Shown: positions 1-12,100, numbered from the whole stretch's first letter. The stretch is 59,462 bases of DNA, filler included, from Sphacelaria rigidula (GCA_964200075.2; 10 parts of 10 records of this genome joined end to end with filler, not necessarily neighbours in it); one strand, 5' to 3'. Made by a program: numbers and translations. The notes: generated by a model from the sequence alone, not told the origin.

Positions 1-1175
1 CCCCCCTAAAAAAAAAAAGTAGAAATGGCGGTTTCGGACAGCGCTGTAAGCTCATAGAGTCGATAAAATGCGCTAAAGAAGTATCTACGCGATCGAGGGG
101 CATTACGCCAACAAGAAAGTCATCGGGCACCATCGCTAAAAGCGTGGAGAAAGTACTGTTTTGAGCTCGAACCTCATTTCATTGATCAACCTCATTTTTT
201 AGAATCCTCTGTTTTTTGGTTTCTGGTACTACGGGTGTCGGACGCCAAAACGGACCGAGCGATGCAATGTGTCAGACTTACGTTCGCAATAGCGTTGCTC
301 AACAGTATCCGGCTCTGATGCCGTCGTTGTTCCCGCGTGTCTTGGCGCATCGCGAGGTGCCTTACGCCTCTGTTGATACTATGTGGTCTGCTTTGTACAC
401 CGAGGGGGTAATCTGACGCCCGCCATACGGGGCATACCTTCTACGTCTGTGCGTTCACAACCTACGGTTGTATCCTCCGCTCATGGTCAACGGTCTCGCG
501 GCAGTAATTCGAGCTCATCTCGCGCTTTATGGACCCCCGACTCGGTCGCCGGTCCAGTTATGCATGTTCAGAGTACCAGAGATGCATTCAGCGCGAGTTT
601 TGATGGTTGGCCGTTTTCCGAGGAAACTTGGGACGATGTTTATTTGACTTCAACAACGGTATTCATTACAGATGACCCCCATTTGTGGAACCCACTTCTT
701 TCGCCTTCCGCTAGAGCAATGCCTTCAGCAGTCATGCCAACAGTTGCATCAACTGTAGTGTTCAAGGCCACAGTATGCACGACTGCGATAGCCCATGCAT
801 CAATGCCCTTGATCTCATGAACCCTGAATTACAGAACAATGTACCCGTGTGGCGCCGATGGCAAAAACGCATGCGCGACTATCGCCCACCTAATCGAAAC
901 TACCGTAACAATTCGAACCAACGTGGCAACAAAAGCTCTAATCGCGGTCGCCGACAAAACAGCAATTACGCAAGCCCTCGCCAGAACGATCAAAATTCTC
1001 GCGACAACAAACGTTCCGCTGATAGACACCAGCGGGCGGGACCGACACGAATCTCGAATCCCAACACCAGAAACCCTGGTACCTTCACTACGGATCGCCT
1101 AGATCCATGACGTGCCGACGCCGGCGTTCTTCGGTCTTCCACGCCGCCGACAGCATAAGCGAAGACTTGCTCAAC

Positions 1176-1400
1176 ACAGCCCGCAGAGTCCGTGACTAAG
1201 ATTGCTCACCCGACTCCCCCGGCATTATCCAGGAGCGTAACTGACCGCTGTTTAAATCGACCCCCGTCTCCAACCTCCACACACTTTTCGATACAGCCCG
1301 CAGAGCCCGCGACTGAGATTGTCCGCCCGGCTCCGCCGGCACTATGCAGGAGCGCAACTGACGGCCGTTCATATCGACCCCCGTCTTCACCCCACCACAC
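1176..1400 (+). repeat. 117-bp in-frame tandem duplication inside the Gypsy gag-pol spacer
   Basis: acagcccgcagagtccgtgactaagattg... at 1176 recurs as acagcccgcagagcccgcgactgagattg... at 1293. Peptides TKIAHPTPPALSRSVTD / TEIVRPAPPALCRSATD. Confidence 0.8.
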
Positions 1401-4400
1401 ACCGCGTAACAGTTGTGTCACCCCGCGACTCAGACCTACACCCGGCTTTGAACTTGTCCTTCAGTGCCGAGTATAAGTCTGAGGTGTGGGAAGACCAACC
1501 GCCAGTCCCTGAAACAAAGGCTTCCCTCACCGACCGCACGCACAGGTGGTAGCAAGCCTTCCCCAGCTGACCCGAGTGTTGCTGATTTTAACTTGACAAC
1601 ATCGGATCATGGAATTCCTAATCAGTTGGATCGAGCTCCTTCCCCGCGATTTCCAACACGCACGGACCTACCTTCGACCGGTTCTGATTATAACCCCCCA
1701 ACATATCTTCGGCTATGACCCAACAGCCAAGCTTGCCTACGGAAAGCAGCCCACACGTTTTGCTCCGTCATGCCCCGATACTGACCCCATCCACGCAACT
1801 AGACGCAGTTGTGGTTTCATCCCAAAATGTTTTGGAACTTCCCCGACCTTTGTTACGGCGAAAGAGAAAGCCCCGTACGCATGCTCCCAAGGACGCGCGC
1901 GCATCATTACGTATACCTCTTTCGAGCGGAAATCCTCTACCTCAATCTCTCCAAAATGCGACGACTTCGAGTTCGACGGCTCTATCAAGTATCCCGGAAG
2001 GAACAAAATCAAATATTTCTGACGTCACTACTTGTCCAATCGACAACTCCAGCCCCGCACAATCTGGATCCCCCTTGGACGGTGGTCCCTGTCAACCAAA
2101 GACGATAATTTACGAAATCGCCAATGGTCACTCTGCCGATGCCACACCTGTAAATAATATACCGTCCACCTCCTTCGCTGGTGAGACATCTGATCCACCG
2201 GCGGATCGCCCGCCGTGCGTTTTTGCTGTCAGCCCCGCTGATCCTGACCAATTTACCTTGCCGGGGCACCGTCCGGATCTTGTCGGCGATAAAGTGTCTA
2301 TAGATCCGGCCACTTTCACTATATTCGTTGCGATCCATTCCGGTCCAAACGCTACCACGCCTACGAAATGCGTATCCTTGTTGGACAGTGGCAACCGGCA
2401 AACATTTATTCGAGAATCAACATGGAAACACATGAAACTGACTGGCGCTGCTACGGCAGCTTGCGAAACCACCACCCAACCTCGAGTATGGGGCGGTTTC
2501 GGTGATTCTGCCACACCACTGACGACACGTAAATCCGTACCACCCAGTGTGCAATTCTTTCACAACACCACTCGATCTGCCAGCCTGGCAGTCTGGGCAT
2601 ACATTGTCCCCGACAGTACAATGCACCACACCATATAATTGGGCAGAGATAGCTATATGCGGTTTAATAAACGCACCTACCGCACGCTTCCACCACTAGC
2701 GGCACATTCCACGCCTCGTGGAGAATTCAACCTCGAGCACTTTTGTACTCTCCACGGGGCCCTGGCCTACCAGAAGAATACCCAAGCAACTGGAGCTACC
2801 TACCACCTACGACACAACGGTAGCGTTGGTATTACCCTCTCCGACGACCTCCAACATCTAGAAGTTGCACTAGTTCGCCGAAATGGCATGCCAGCACTTA
2901 CGGGTCATTATCTTGCCGAAATGTTACCCCGTATTGGCGCACCAGCCTACACAGAACATTTCGTGTCGGCGGGACAACAACTAACTCCTGCCTCTTACGG
3001 CTTATGCTAACTTGGAACCCGGCGATGTTTTAGGAATCGCCGCTGCTCTTCTGATGCACACACCCCTCGAGACGTGCGTAACAGAACCTGCCGCGCCAAA
3101 CGTCACATCTCCGGCGGAGTCAGTCCACTGTGTCGACGAACCCTATTTCGACCTCGCCTCTGCGACTCCACCCCAGGTTCACACCGTGGGTCCTGCTCAG
3201 TCACATTCCTCCTGCTGAAGTGCTTCAACGCTTATTACCAGATTCTCGGAATAGTTTCTTGCACATGTGGGACCAATTGCCGCCACACATGCGCGACATT
3301 CATTTTGATCTTCATGGACCCAGCTGCGAACCGGCAGTCATCCGAGAACTCAGTGATGTCCTGCTACAGTATCAAGATCAATTTTCACGATCAAAGACGG
3401 ATCCCGGGCATTGCAAAACGCTGCCCTTTGAGGTTACCCTCTCTAACCCGGCGTCTCGCCGATTTTTCCTCGGCCATACCGAACAACCCCAATCCTTACC
3501 AAGAAAGTTACCGCCATCTTGGATGCGTATTTGGGAGCGGGATTAAAACAATATGCCTCCTCTCCTTGGGCCTCGCCCCTTGTGGTCGTCCCCCCCAAAA
3601 ATGGAAACATGCGCGTAACCGTGAGTTACCAACGGTTGAGCCGCATCACTGTGGCCGGTAAACTTCCAATTCCCCGCAGTGATGGAGTCTTTGGCTCTTT
3701 AGGCGAAGAAAACGTTTTCACCACCTTCGAACTCGCTCCTGGATTTGTTCATAATGTTTTTCACCCTGACACAGTTTCACTGACGGTCTTTTGTACCTCG
3801 TCCGGACTCCACGAGGGGATTCGAATGCCACAAGGCGCTGCCACTGCCCCGAGATGCTTTCAAAGCTTAATCCAACACGTCACCGAGGGCCTCGAGCTTA
3901 TCATCATGTACCTGGATGACGCTAACATATCGCTTTCGATGCCTCACCTATTGCACATATCCGCACTCTACGAGAATTTCTCTCTCGCCTACTCACCCAC
4001 GATTTGAAACTGTCTCCATCCAAAGCTCGCCTTGGTGCGACTGACTTGGATTTCTTGGGGCATTCTATTTCGCCAGTAGGCCTGCATCCGGATACAAACA
4101 AAGAGAAGGCGAGGACTGACTTGCCGACGCCAACTAACATTTCCCAACTTCGCTCATTGTTTGGCGGACTATCCACTACCGCAATTTTTTGCTGAATTTA
4201 TCCAAACGGATTCGCCCCCTTACTGAGTTACTCGAGAAAGGAGCAGTGTTTTCCTTCACAACTGAAATGGAGAATATCACCCGCGAATTACTCAAGACGC
4301 TTACCGAAAAGCCGGTACTCTGCGTTCCTGATTGGGAGGCAGTACAAGATGGCTCCCACCTTTTCCAACTCGACACTGACGCCAGCACAAACGGATTTGG

Positions 4401-4637
4401 AGGAGTTTTGAATCGACCTCAGGTTGATGGCTTCGTCCGACCCATCCTCTATATAAGCCGAGCCACCCTGCCCAGCGAGGCCAATTAGAGCCCTCTGGAA
4501 CTGGAAGGCGGAGTAATCACTTGGGCCATTAAGCACCTTCGATAATATCTGTTTCACGTGCCCGTCGATATCTATACGGATCACGGAGCACTCGAACAAC
4601 TCGCCGAGGTTGGCGAACACAACCCGCGTGTACAACG

Positions 4638-4884
4638 GACACTTTTTACGATAGCCCCCCCCCAAACATAGCCCGAAGGTATCACAAAAAAATGGTCATG
4701 CAGCGCCTGATGCTTGGTTTCAGGCCGCATGAAGCGCCTCATGTTGGCGACATTGGCTGAAACGAACCCAAGCGGGGAAATTCCCAGCTGCTTATTGTGC
4801 TCGGCTTGTCCCACTTCGACTTATGTGAAGATTTTGCCTTCCAAAACCATGTACGTTTGTGGGGGGGCTATCGTAGAAACTGTC
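4638..4884. mobile_element. 247-bp MITE with ~24-bp TIRs and 4-bp TSD (AACG), inserted in the Gypsy RNase H
   Basis: Left end gacactttttacgatagccccccc; right end gggggggctatcgtagaaactgtc. AACG at 4634-4637 and 4885-4888. Excision restores NPRVQRWLDFL. Confidence 0.92.
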
Positions 4885-5958
4885 AACGATGGTTGGACTT
4901 TCTCACAGCATACCAGTATACCATTGAGCACCGTCCAGGCTAAACCATCGGGAACGCTGATCTTCTTTCTCGCTTTTTCTTGCCGCCTACGGCCGCAGAT
5001 TCCAGCCCGGCTTGCCGTTTAACGGAACTCGATGGACCTGGAATTGACGCGGTTAGACGTTTTTTAACGCCCATTTACGCTCGCGACCTCCAGTGCCCGG
5101 AAACCGGTATGCATGTGGGAGGACCTCGCCCTTTACCATGTGACGCCGTCTTGGGTGGGTTCAAGCCCACTACCTCCGATTTTGTCGATTTCCGCACTTT
5201 TGGTACTCGCGCGAAGCTCTTCACGGAAACACCCCCAGCCACCCACCTAATCTCCGGCAACACGCGCTCCCGGTCTGCCGCCCGCACCACCCCGAGTGCC
5301 CCGCCGCCACCGATAACACCTACAAACTCAACGGGCCACGCAGCACAAGTTCCACGGACCAGCACGCAACGCTCCGCGAAAACTTCTGCAACGTGCACCA
5401 CGCGCCACGGACAATCTTCGCCGCGCACTGATACAGCCCCGCCGCCCATAACGGCGCCGCCAACATCTACCGCTCCCGAGCACGGAGCAAACGATTTAGC
5501 TCCTGCTTCCGGGACAGATATTGACGTCGGCATTCCTGCCCCGTCGCCTATTCCCCCGCCGCGTGCCCCACCATGTTTGGTCGGCTAGCTAGCGGAACAT
5601 CAACTACGCGAGTTTCTCGCCAGCTACTCTCACCGCGATTGGGCTCGAAAACAAAACGCAGAACCGCTATGTCGCGCAGCCATCGGGTACTTAAAACTCG
5701 ACTGTCCAGTCCCTCTTCCATCCACACATCTGGCCCCGGTTGGCACACTGCCACCACCAGTTATTTCTGACGTATACGAGCTCGTGCGTAAAGTCTGTAG
5801 CCAAAATACACCAAGGCGTAGTAGATGTAGCGTGTGTAGGATCCTGGATGATGACCANNNNNNNNNNNNNNNNNNNNNNNNNNNNNNNNNNNNNNNNNNN
5901 NTTAATTAATTAANNNNNNNNNNNNNNNNNNNNNNNNNNNNNNNNNNNNNNNNNNNNC

Positions 5959-6273
5959 GCCGTGCTTTCGCTGACCTAAAGTCGTGACGAATGACTTTCA
6001 TACGGACGACTTCATCCCTCCCGATCTCCCTGAAACTATTTCGGGGAATTTCTAGCCTTCCGTTCCCTCAAAGGGTATGTGCGACAGCACGCTTTTACCT
6101 CGATTTCGGTGAAAAAAGGGACGTTTTTTGGCCCAAAAATCATGCTTTCGCACATAACCTTTGAGGGACGGATGGCTAGAAATCCCCAGAAAACGTTTTG
6201 AGGAAGTTCGGGAGGCATGGGGTCGTCCATATGAAAGTCATTTGTCATGAATTTAGATCGGAGATAGCACGGC
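5959..6273. mobile_element. Palindromic MITE (~315 bp) with long imperfect TIRs
   Basis: gccgtgct...tgactttcatacggacgac pairs with gtcgtccatatgaaagtca...agcacggc. Confidence 0.7.
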
Positions 6274-6428
6274 TTTTGCGTTGAACCTCAATTTGTTTTT
6301 CAACCCCATTTTCGAGAATCCACTGTTAAGAGTTGCAATAAGCCTAGTACAGTTTTGGTCTATTGTATACATCGACCATATTTCGTTCAGGGTGTGAGCA
6401 TATTTTTAAGAATAACCCGATTGCATTT

Positions 6429-7475
6429 AACAGCCGATCATCGAAATTGAGGAAGGAGCTTTTCATTGAGGATGAGAACCCGGAGAATTAAAACCTTCGT
6501 ATCCACACCAAATCTTCGGAAAATGGTTCCATTTCTTCACCTGCTGGTAGCTGTTGACAAGTACAACACGTCATTCGAATTTGGATGTCGGTAACCGAAT
6601 TGTTGGGGTCTGTGACGCCAGCAGGTTGCTACTACTGCAGCATCTAATGCTGTTGAGGGACTCCCCAGTTCCACTAGCCTCAGGTTTCAGTTGTTAGCCG
6701 TTCACAACACCTTTTATCATCCGGGAGTGCCACCCATGGCACATACGCTCCATAACCCACCTCAGGGTATCATCCCTGTGTCCATGTCATCATCCATACC
6801 ATCACTACATACTCAACGTGACGGCGTGATTTCGTCACAGCACCCCCAAAGCGCGTTGGACGGAAATCGAGCAACAAGCTTGACTCTCAGAAAAAATAAC
6901 GCCAAAACGATTGAGCAAGTCACAACTGAATACCAAACTCACGCGTAACGCGAGCAGCAATGGAACGAGTCACTCGCATCTTACGCAACTCCTTTTTGAG
7001 AAATTTCGGACCGGCCTCGAAAATATTTCTCTCAGGCTCCCACGTACGCTCCTCGACTTCAAAACCAAACCAGTCGATCAACACGATCAACGAACGATCC
7101 TCTGCCTCTGCCACGGGAACAACCCCAGCCATATGAAATTGCCCCTAGTTGAAAGCGTGCTGAAACACATCCTTCACGTCTGCCGTTACAGTAAGCTATG
7201 AGTCTGCATATTGTCCCGGGTAAAAAAATAATTTCGGGGAATTTGGCGATCCGATCGATCACCTAAACTCCCAAAAACTGTTTTTTTATCGAGGACCCCA
7301 ACATTTCGGTTATCAAAATCCAAATTTGTAGCGCGTGTAGCAGTTGTCAATACCTACCAGCAGGAGGTGAAGAAATTAAACCATACTTCGAAGATTTGGT
7401 GTGGATGTAAAGGTTTTAATCCTCCGGATTCTCATCCTCAAAAAGCTCCATCCTCAATTTCGATGATCGGTTGTT
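6429..7475. mobile_element. Long-TIR MITE (AACAGCCGATCATCGAAATTGAGG...) with ATTT 4-bp TSD, carrying a nested retrotransposon fragment
   Basis: Imperfect TIRs of ~180 bp. ATTT at 6425-6428 and 7476-7479. An empty relative lies at 46583-47036. Confidence 0.88.
6611..7212 (-). mobile_element. 3' fragment of a chromodomain-bearing Ty3/Gypsy element: integrase C-terminal chromodomain, PPT and 229-bp 3' LTR
   Basis: LTR 6611-6839 is bounded by TGTGACG...CGTCACA. Minus-strand PPT-like tttgggggtgc is adjacent. ORF 6920-7132(-) LIVLIDWFGFEVEERTWEPERNIFE has the chromodomain W.G....TWEP motif. Confidence 0.85.
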
Positions 7476-7698
7476 ATTTGCCAGGAATAGAACCCACCTT
7501 TTCCTCACCCAACTGATCCCAGTAGTTGTATCAACTAGACCGACGTGGCACGGCGGCTATGTAGACAAGATCATGTGGGCTCAAGTCGCGCGTAATGATC
7601 AACTCAGATGACCAACCAGACTGCATTTCAAGGAGTCCTTCGACCCTGTTCAAGACTCAACATACTTCAGCATTTCTACAGGAAAATCTGAGCCTCAC

Positions 7699-7782
7699 CT
7701 TCAGCTTTTCTAAATCCGGAACCTCTTCGTAGACTGTAGGTTCCGCCCCCGGGACCATATAGTCTCCGTAGACCAGCCGATC
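7699..7782 (-). CDS. Axonemal dynein heavy chain, internal exon (DRLVYGDYMVPGAEPTVYEEVPDLEKLK)
   Basis: cag|GAT...AAG|gtgag, 84 nt, phase 0/0. Continues the exon at 9245-9432 in frame. Typical dynein GD(F/Y)M.PG...YEE motif. Confidence 0.88.
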
Positions 7783-8194
7783 CTGTCGCGTCACGTAGCG
7801 ATCACATTTTTGAACGGACTTCGTGACAGCCCACTACCATACAGGCACGAATGAGGTCCCTATCGTGAAACATTCCACACTACGTCGCTATCTGCCGTGT
7901 GGCCAGAGTTAGGGGCAAGTGTTACGGCTCTTCGAGTTTGGCGATGCTCGAGTCCGGATCACATGCATAGTGAGCGGTGGCGTCACATATCACCCATAAT
8001 AATGAGCTGCACAAAGAAATAGCGGTGAAAACGCACGTGGACACAAATTGACGCTACCCTATCGAAAAGTTGAACCCCGTCGGTGACCGGTCAAATGCGG
8101 CACTCCTCGTCGTGTGTTGTATTTCTGCACACACGTCGAGGGCAGCTAAATAATGACTTGCGTGTAATCTTGTACGTTCAAGGGACCAAACAGT

Positions 8195-8236
8195 ATTCTT
8201 CTTCTTCTTCTTCTTCTTCTTCTTCTTCTTCTTCTT

Positions 8237-8267
<31 letters not shown>

Positions 8268-8290
8268 TTATTATTATTATTATTATTATT
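8195..8290. repeat. Compound microsatellite (TTC)n(TTA)n, probably the tail of a minus-strand retroposon 3' end extending to ~8400
   Basis: Repeat seen directly. The retroposon-tail interpretation is inferred. Confidence 0.8.
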
Positions 8291-8696
8291 TCCACACATT
8301 AGTCCGATATCTCGAACCCGTGGTCACAGACGTGGGCTCGTCTTTCCAATACCGTCCCTGATATTCCTTACAAGACACAGAGTCCTCCATCATTTTTTCA
8401 GAGACTCCAGCCTAATTACATGAACGAACGCAGTCAACCCAAATATTACCAAAATGAAAATAAGAAGGGAGACGCCAAGAAAAACATGAGAAGTAACTTC
8501 CCCAACTTCAACGGGGTGAAAAACAAAAAAAAGCATGGAAACAAATTTCGGAACAGCAGGCAGTAAGTACACCACCGTATGTATGGCTGTTTCTTCGACC
8601 GCACAAATACCCTGTCATTCCATGCCGTACATGCCGATGAGTTGCGACAGGTCAAGTTTCATGTGCAAATGTTCAGCCGAAAACACGGGATACTCC

Positions 8697-9099
8697 AATT
8701 TGGGGATGGATTTTTGATTGCGGGGATGAGAAAGCCGGAGAATTAAAATCGTCGTGTCCATACCAAATCTTCGAAATATGATTCCATTTCTTCACCTACT
8801 GATGGCTATTGACGACTGCTACACGCTACAGAAATTTGGGTTTCGATCCCCGAAATGTTGGGGTCCTAGGTGGAGAACCAATTTCGGGACTATTTCGGTG
8901 TCCGAAATTCCCCAAAAATGATTTTCACCTACGACTCCAACATTTCGGTGATCGAAACCCAAATTTCTATGGCGTGTAGCAGTCGTCAATAGCTATCAGT
9001 AGGTGAAGAGATGGAACCATATTTCGAAGATTTGGTGGGGATACGAAGATTTTAATTCTCCGGGTTTCTCATCCCCAATAAAAGACCCATCCCCAATTT
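8697..9099. mobile_element. ~400-bp long-TIR MITE related to the 6429/46583 family
   Basis: Shares gatgagaa.ccggagaattaaa...ccaaatcttcgaaatatg.ttccatttcttcacct arms. The ends aatttggggatgg / ccatccccaattt are inverted. Confidence 0.8.
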
Positions 9100-9160
9100 G
9101 TAAGATCTCGTGTGTAAAGTAGAACCACACGATGCATATGTCACATGTCATACGTCATAC

Positions 9161-9244
9161 GTCACACGTCACACGTCACACGTCACACGTCACACGTCAC
9201 ACGTCACACGTCACACGTCACACGTCACACGTCACACGTCACAC
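9161..9244. repeat. (GTCACAC)n 7-bp tandem repeat, ~12 copies, abutting the dynein 5' splice site
   Basis: Seen directly. Confidence 0.95.
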
Positions 9245-9432
9245 CTGGGGTACGACGTCCTCCCACACCATCTGGAACGTTTCCGTGACCATAGTCTCGA
9301 GGAGCTGCTTGAACCAGCAGTGGTCTTCGGCATTGATGAGTCGGTCTTCAAACACGCGTTTGCTCTCGTGACACCACAGGCGCACGAGTTGCTCTGGCTG
9401 TGTCACCGACTTCGGGCTACCCATGAGCATAC
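9245..9432 (-). CDS. Axonemal dynein heavy chain, internal exon (AAA3 lid region: GMLMG...LVRLWCHESKRVFEDRLIN...VVPQ)
   Basis: Hallmark LW.HE..RVF.DRL motif. AG/GT boundaries. 188 nt, phase 1/0, consistent with both neighbours. Confidence 0.95.
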
Positions 9433-9854
9433 CTGGCCCGGTGGTTGACGCACAGTAAACGGGACCAAGCATGGGATCGGGATGCAGTTTCGGGCTGTTG
9501 AGGCTTAAATGGAGCACGGCGTATCTTGAATATGCCTATACCAATGGCTCACGGCCCTGCCTATGTGTTAATACGCATAGCTGTCGAGCAAGACGGTTGC
9601 GTGTGAGTAAAACATCGTACGTGCAGCTCTGGTGCGCAGTGGCGGGTTGTGTAAAATATCCGAAGTCATGTGTTCAGGTCGTAACTGCATCGATGCGTAG
9701 CCGTTAATCAAGGAGATTGCGTATGGGTGATACGAGGTGTATGACAGAGCAGTGTGGTACTGTACCTCGCTTCTCTTTTGGCCTTTTGTTTTCCACGACT
9801 GGGTATGAGAATGGTTCTGAGCAAGACCTTGCATGCCGAAGCCATGTGGCAAAG

Positions 9855-11441
9855 ACCGGCCATTTCTTTCTTTCTCTTTTTATTTCAATCTCAGTCTACT
9901 ATGGTGTTGTTCTGTTCTACTTTTCTTCTGTTTCTTCTTTTTCTGCAGCGAGGGTTTCAGTTCTATTTTGTCTTGGGTACGTACGTCTATCATGTGAATA
10001 ATGACCACGGCTGGATCCCTGAGGAGTCACTTAAAGTACGACAGTCAACCAGTCAATCAGAGAGGGATGCTACGGTAGGGGTGCACAAATATTTTCCAAG
10101 GCTGGAATTGTTGAGAGCCTTTTATCTTATGCCAAACACGACTTATGAAATGTGTGAGAGTACGCCAGGACTACTGTCCCAGTGTGCTAGGGATGTCCCG
10201 CTTGAATTCGCAAACGGGGGTGCCCTGACCCATAGTCTTGTACAGCTAGAATCTTTAGGAGCCCCTGAACCAGATACGATTTCGAGCAAGGAGTGCACCC
10301 CTACCGTAGCATTGCTCCACAATCAATCAAAATCAATCAGAATCAACCAATGAATCAATGACGCGTAGCGGTAAGACAGCAGGCTCTTCAAAGGGCTAAA
10401 GGGATATTTGGGTATTACAAACATTCGGGAAGTATCCCGCGTTCTCTCTACTTTATTACTCCCTTGAAACCACCGTAGGACCGATTGTTCGGCATTTGCC
10501 AAAGATATCACCCTGGTTATGAGTATATACACGTGCGTGTACATTTCAAACCAGCATACGGGGCGAAAAGAGAAAAGAACTTGGATCTAGCGTTGTTGGG
10601 GACACGGACAGTTGGGAAATGAGTCCGCTCGTCATTACGAACTTAGGAATCCTTCTCTGTTTCTGTGACCATGAGTCTCGAATACAAAAACACGGTATAA
10701 GGTTGTACGGTGTACTGAACACATACCGATCATGACAGGGGTGTACAGTTCGCGTCCCTTGGATGCGGTGATTCGTTATTTATTGACCCCGACGGTGCAC
10801 CTGCACCTGCAGCTCAATATACCGATACCATGACCTTATCACACACTTATTTTGTAAGCAATATTGTCGCAAACGATGTCATTCCACGCCTGCCTGCACA
10901 ACTAGGTTCAGACACGCTCTGACTATCCACTTCGGTGGTCGGAGTGGGTTTAGCTTCGTGTGTACTGGGTCATATAAGTGCCCACGACTAGACGAGCATG
11001 AAATAAGAAGAATCACCGGTCGTTGATCATGTCCTTAGTCGGTGGCTCTGCGGTGCCCACTGGTGTGTATCTGTATCTACTCCGCTGCCCTAAATCCCCT
11101 GGGCCTTTCCCCTTTTTCTTTCATCTTTTTATGGTATTGTATTGTATTTTATTTGATCTTTACTTTTCCCTTCTTTTCCTTCTATTTTTTTGTTTTAGGT
11201 CGGCCATTTCTTTCTGTGCTTTGCTCGTGTTGACATTATTTATTACTTTTTTTGATACGACTTAGTCTGACTGCTATGTCGTTTTGTTCGACTTTTTTTT
11301 CTTCTGTTCCTTATTTCCTTCAGAGCGTGTTTCAGTTTTATTTTGTCTTGTGTTTGTCCATCATGACACCACGGCTGGACCCCTGAGGGGTCATTTGAAG
11401 CGCGACAATCAATCAATCAATCAATCAAATCAAATCAAATC
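9855..11441 (+). mobile_element. Cluster of non-LTR retroposon 3' ends with (CAAT)n tails inside a dynein intron (~9855-10060, ~10100-10345, ~11100-11441)
   Basis: Two copies share gtttcagtt.tattttgtcttg...accacggctgga.ccctgagg.gtca.tt.aag..cgaca followed by caatc repeats. T-rich bodies. Confidence 0.6.
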
Positions 11442-11443
11442 AC

Positions 11444-11568
11444 CTTGGAAAACCTTCGCCATATCTCTCAGATTGAACGTGTAGTGGCTTTTCTGGGGCG
11501 TTGGCAGCAGCTCCCGAGTGATCGTGTTGAAAACCGCGATCGTTGCTTCTACGATACTCGCTGACAGC
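11444..11568 (-). CDS. Axonemal dynein heavy chain, internal exon (LSASIVEATIAVFNTITRELLPTPQKSHYTFNLRDMAKVFQ)
   Basis: LLPTP.KSHY.FNLRD motif, typical of inner-arm DNAH1/3/7-type chains. 125 nt, phase 2/1. The gene runs beyond the contig on both sides. Confidence 0.95.
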
Positions 11569-11606
11569 CTGTCCAGTAGAAATGCGTGTTGTAGCGGGGA
11601 CGAAAG

Positions 11607-11718
11607 TTTCAAGGGTCGGACAAATCAATGATTCGTCTGGAAAATAATTGGTTTTAGTGTATTTGAATCGTGGATTTGGTGATTTGAACCCTTGATAATG
11701 CATCCTAACCGTGAAACA
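11607..11718. mobile_element. Short MITE; a longer relative lies at ~16192-16459
   Basis: Both start tttcaagggtcggac.aatc.atgattcgtctggaaa and end ...aaccgtgaaac. Confidence 0.6.
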
Positions 11719-11926
11719 TTTGATCGGATATCGAATCTGATGTGACGGTTTATATGTACGGAGTATATATGTGTACGTGTGTGTGTGTGTGTGTTTGTTT
11801 CTCCCGCCATAGTCNNNNNNNNNNNNNNNNNNNNNNNNNNNNNNNNNNNNNNNNNNNNTTAATTAATTAANNNNNNNNNNNNNNNNNNNNNNNNNNNNNN
11901 NNNNNNNNNNNNNNAGAGTCCGCCGG

Positions 11927-12100
11927 CTCGAAAGGGAGGCGTGGTCAAGGTTCAGACGACAAAGGCAAGCAACAAAGGAGTACGCCCCCCCCCCCTCCCC
12001 AAGAAGAATTCGGTCTCGAAAGGGATGCGTAGCCAATGGTCGAACGACCAAGGCACGCAATAAATGAGTACGCCCCTCCCATCCCCCGCCCCCCCCTCCC
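11927..12100 (+). repeat. Dispersed repeat unit CTCGAAAGGGATGCGTGGTCAA...AAGGCAAGCAA...poly-C; tandem here, also at ~21185-21280 and 59386-59462
   Basis: The same ~80-bp unit occurs on three independent contigs. Confidence 0.75.

Larger units (their letters stand above)
216..5857 (+). mobile_element. Decayed Ty3/Gypsy LTR retrotransposon internal region (gag-like, protease, RT, RNase H), cut off by the contig end before the integrase
   Basis: Aspartic protease VSLLDSG (~2372-2392). RT motifs SPWASPLVVVPPKNG, RMPQGAATAP, MYLDD (~3906-3920), LKLSPSK..FLGH. RNase H LDTDASTNGFGGVL, ELEGGVITWAIKHL, IYTDH. The order PR-RT-RH is Gypsy-type. Many stops and frameshifts. Confidence 0.93.

Noticed and set aside
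5902..5913. Regularly spaced TTAATTAATTAA motif as a biological periodic or CRISPR-like repeat
   Set aside because: It is always embedded in N44 on both sides. It is a synthetic six-frame-stop linker.
8054..8361. Poly-Lys/poly-Ser ORFs, and the HTSHVTR-repeat ORF at 9110-9448
   Set aside because: They are translations of microsatellites, or antisense to a dynein exon.
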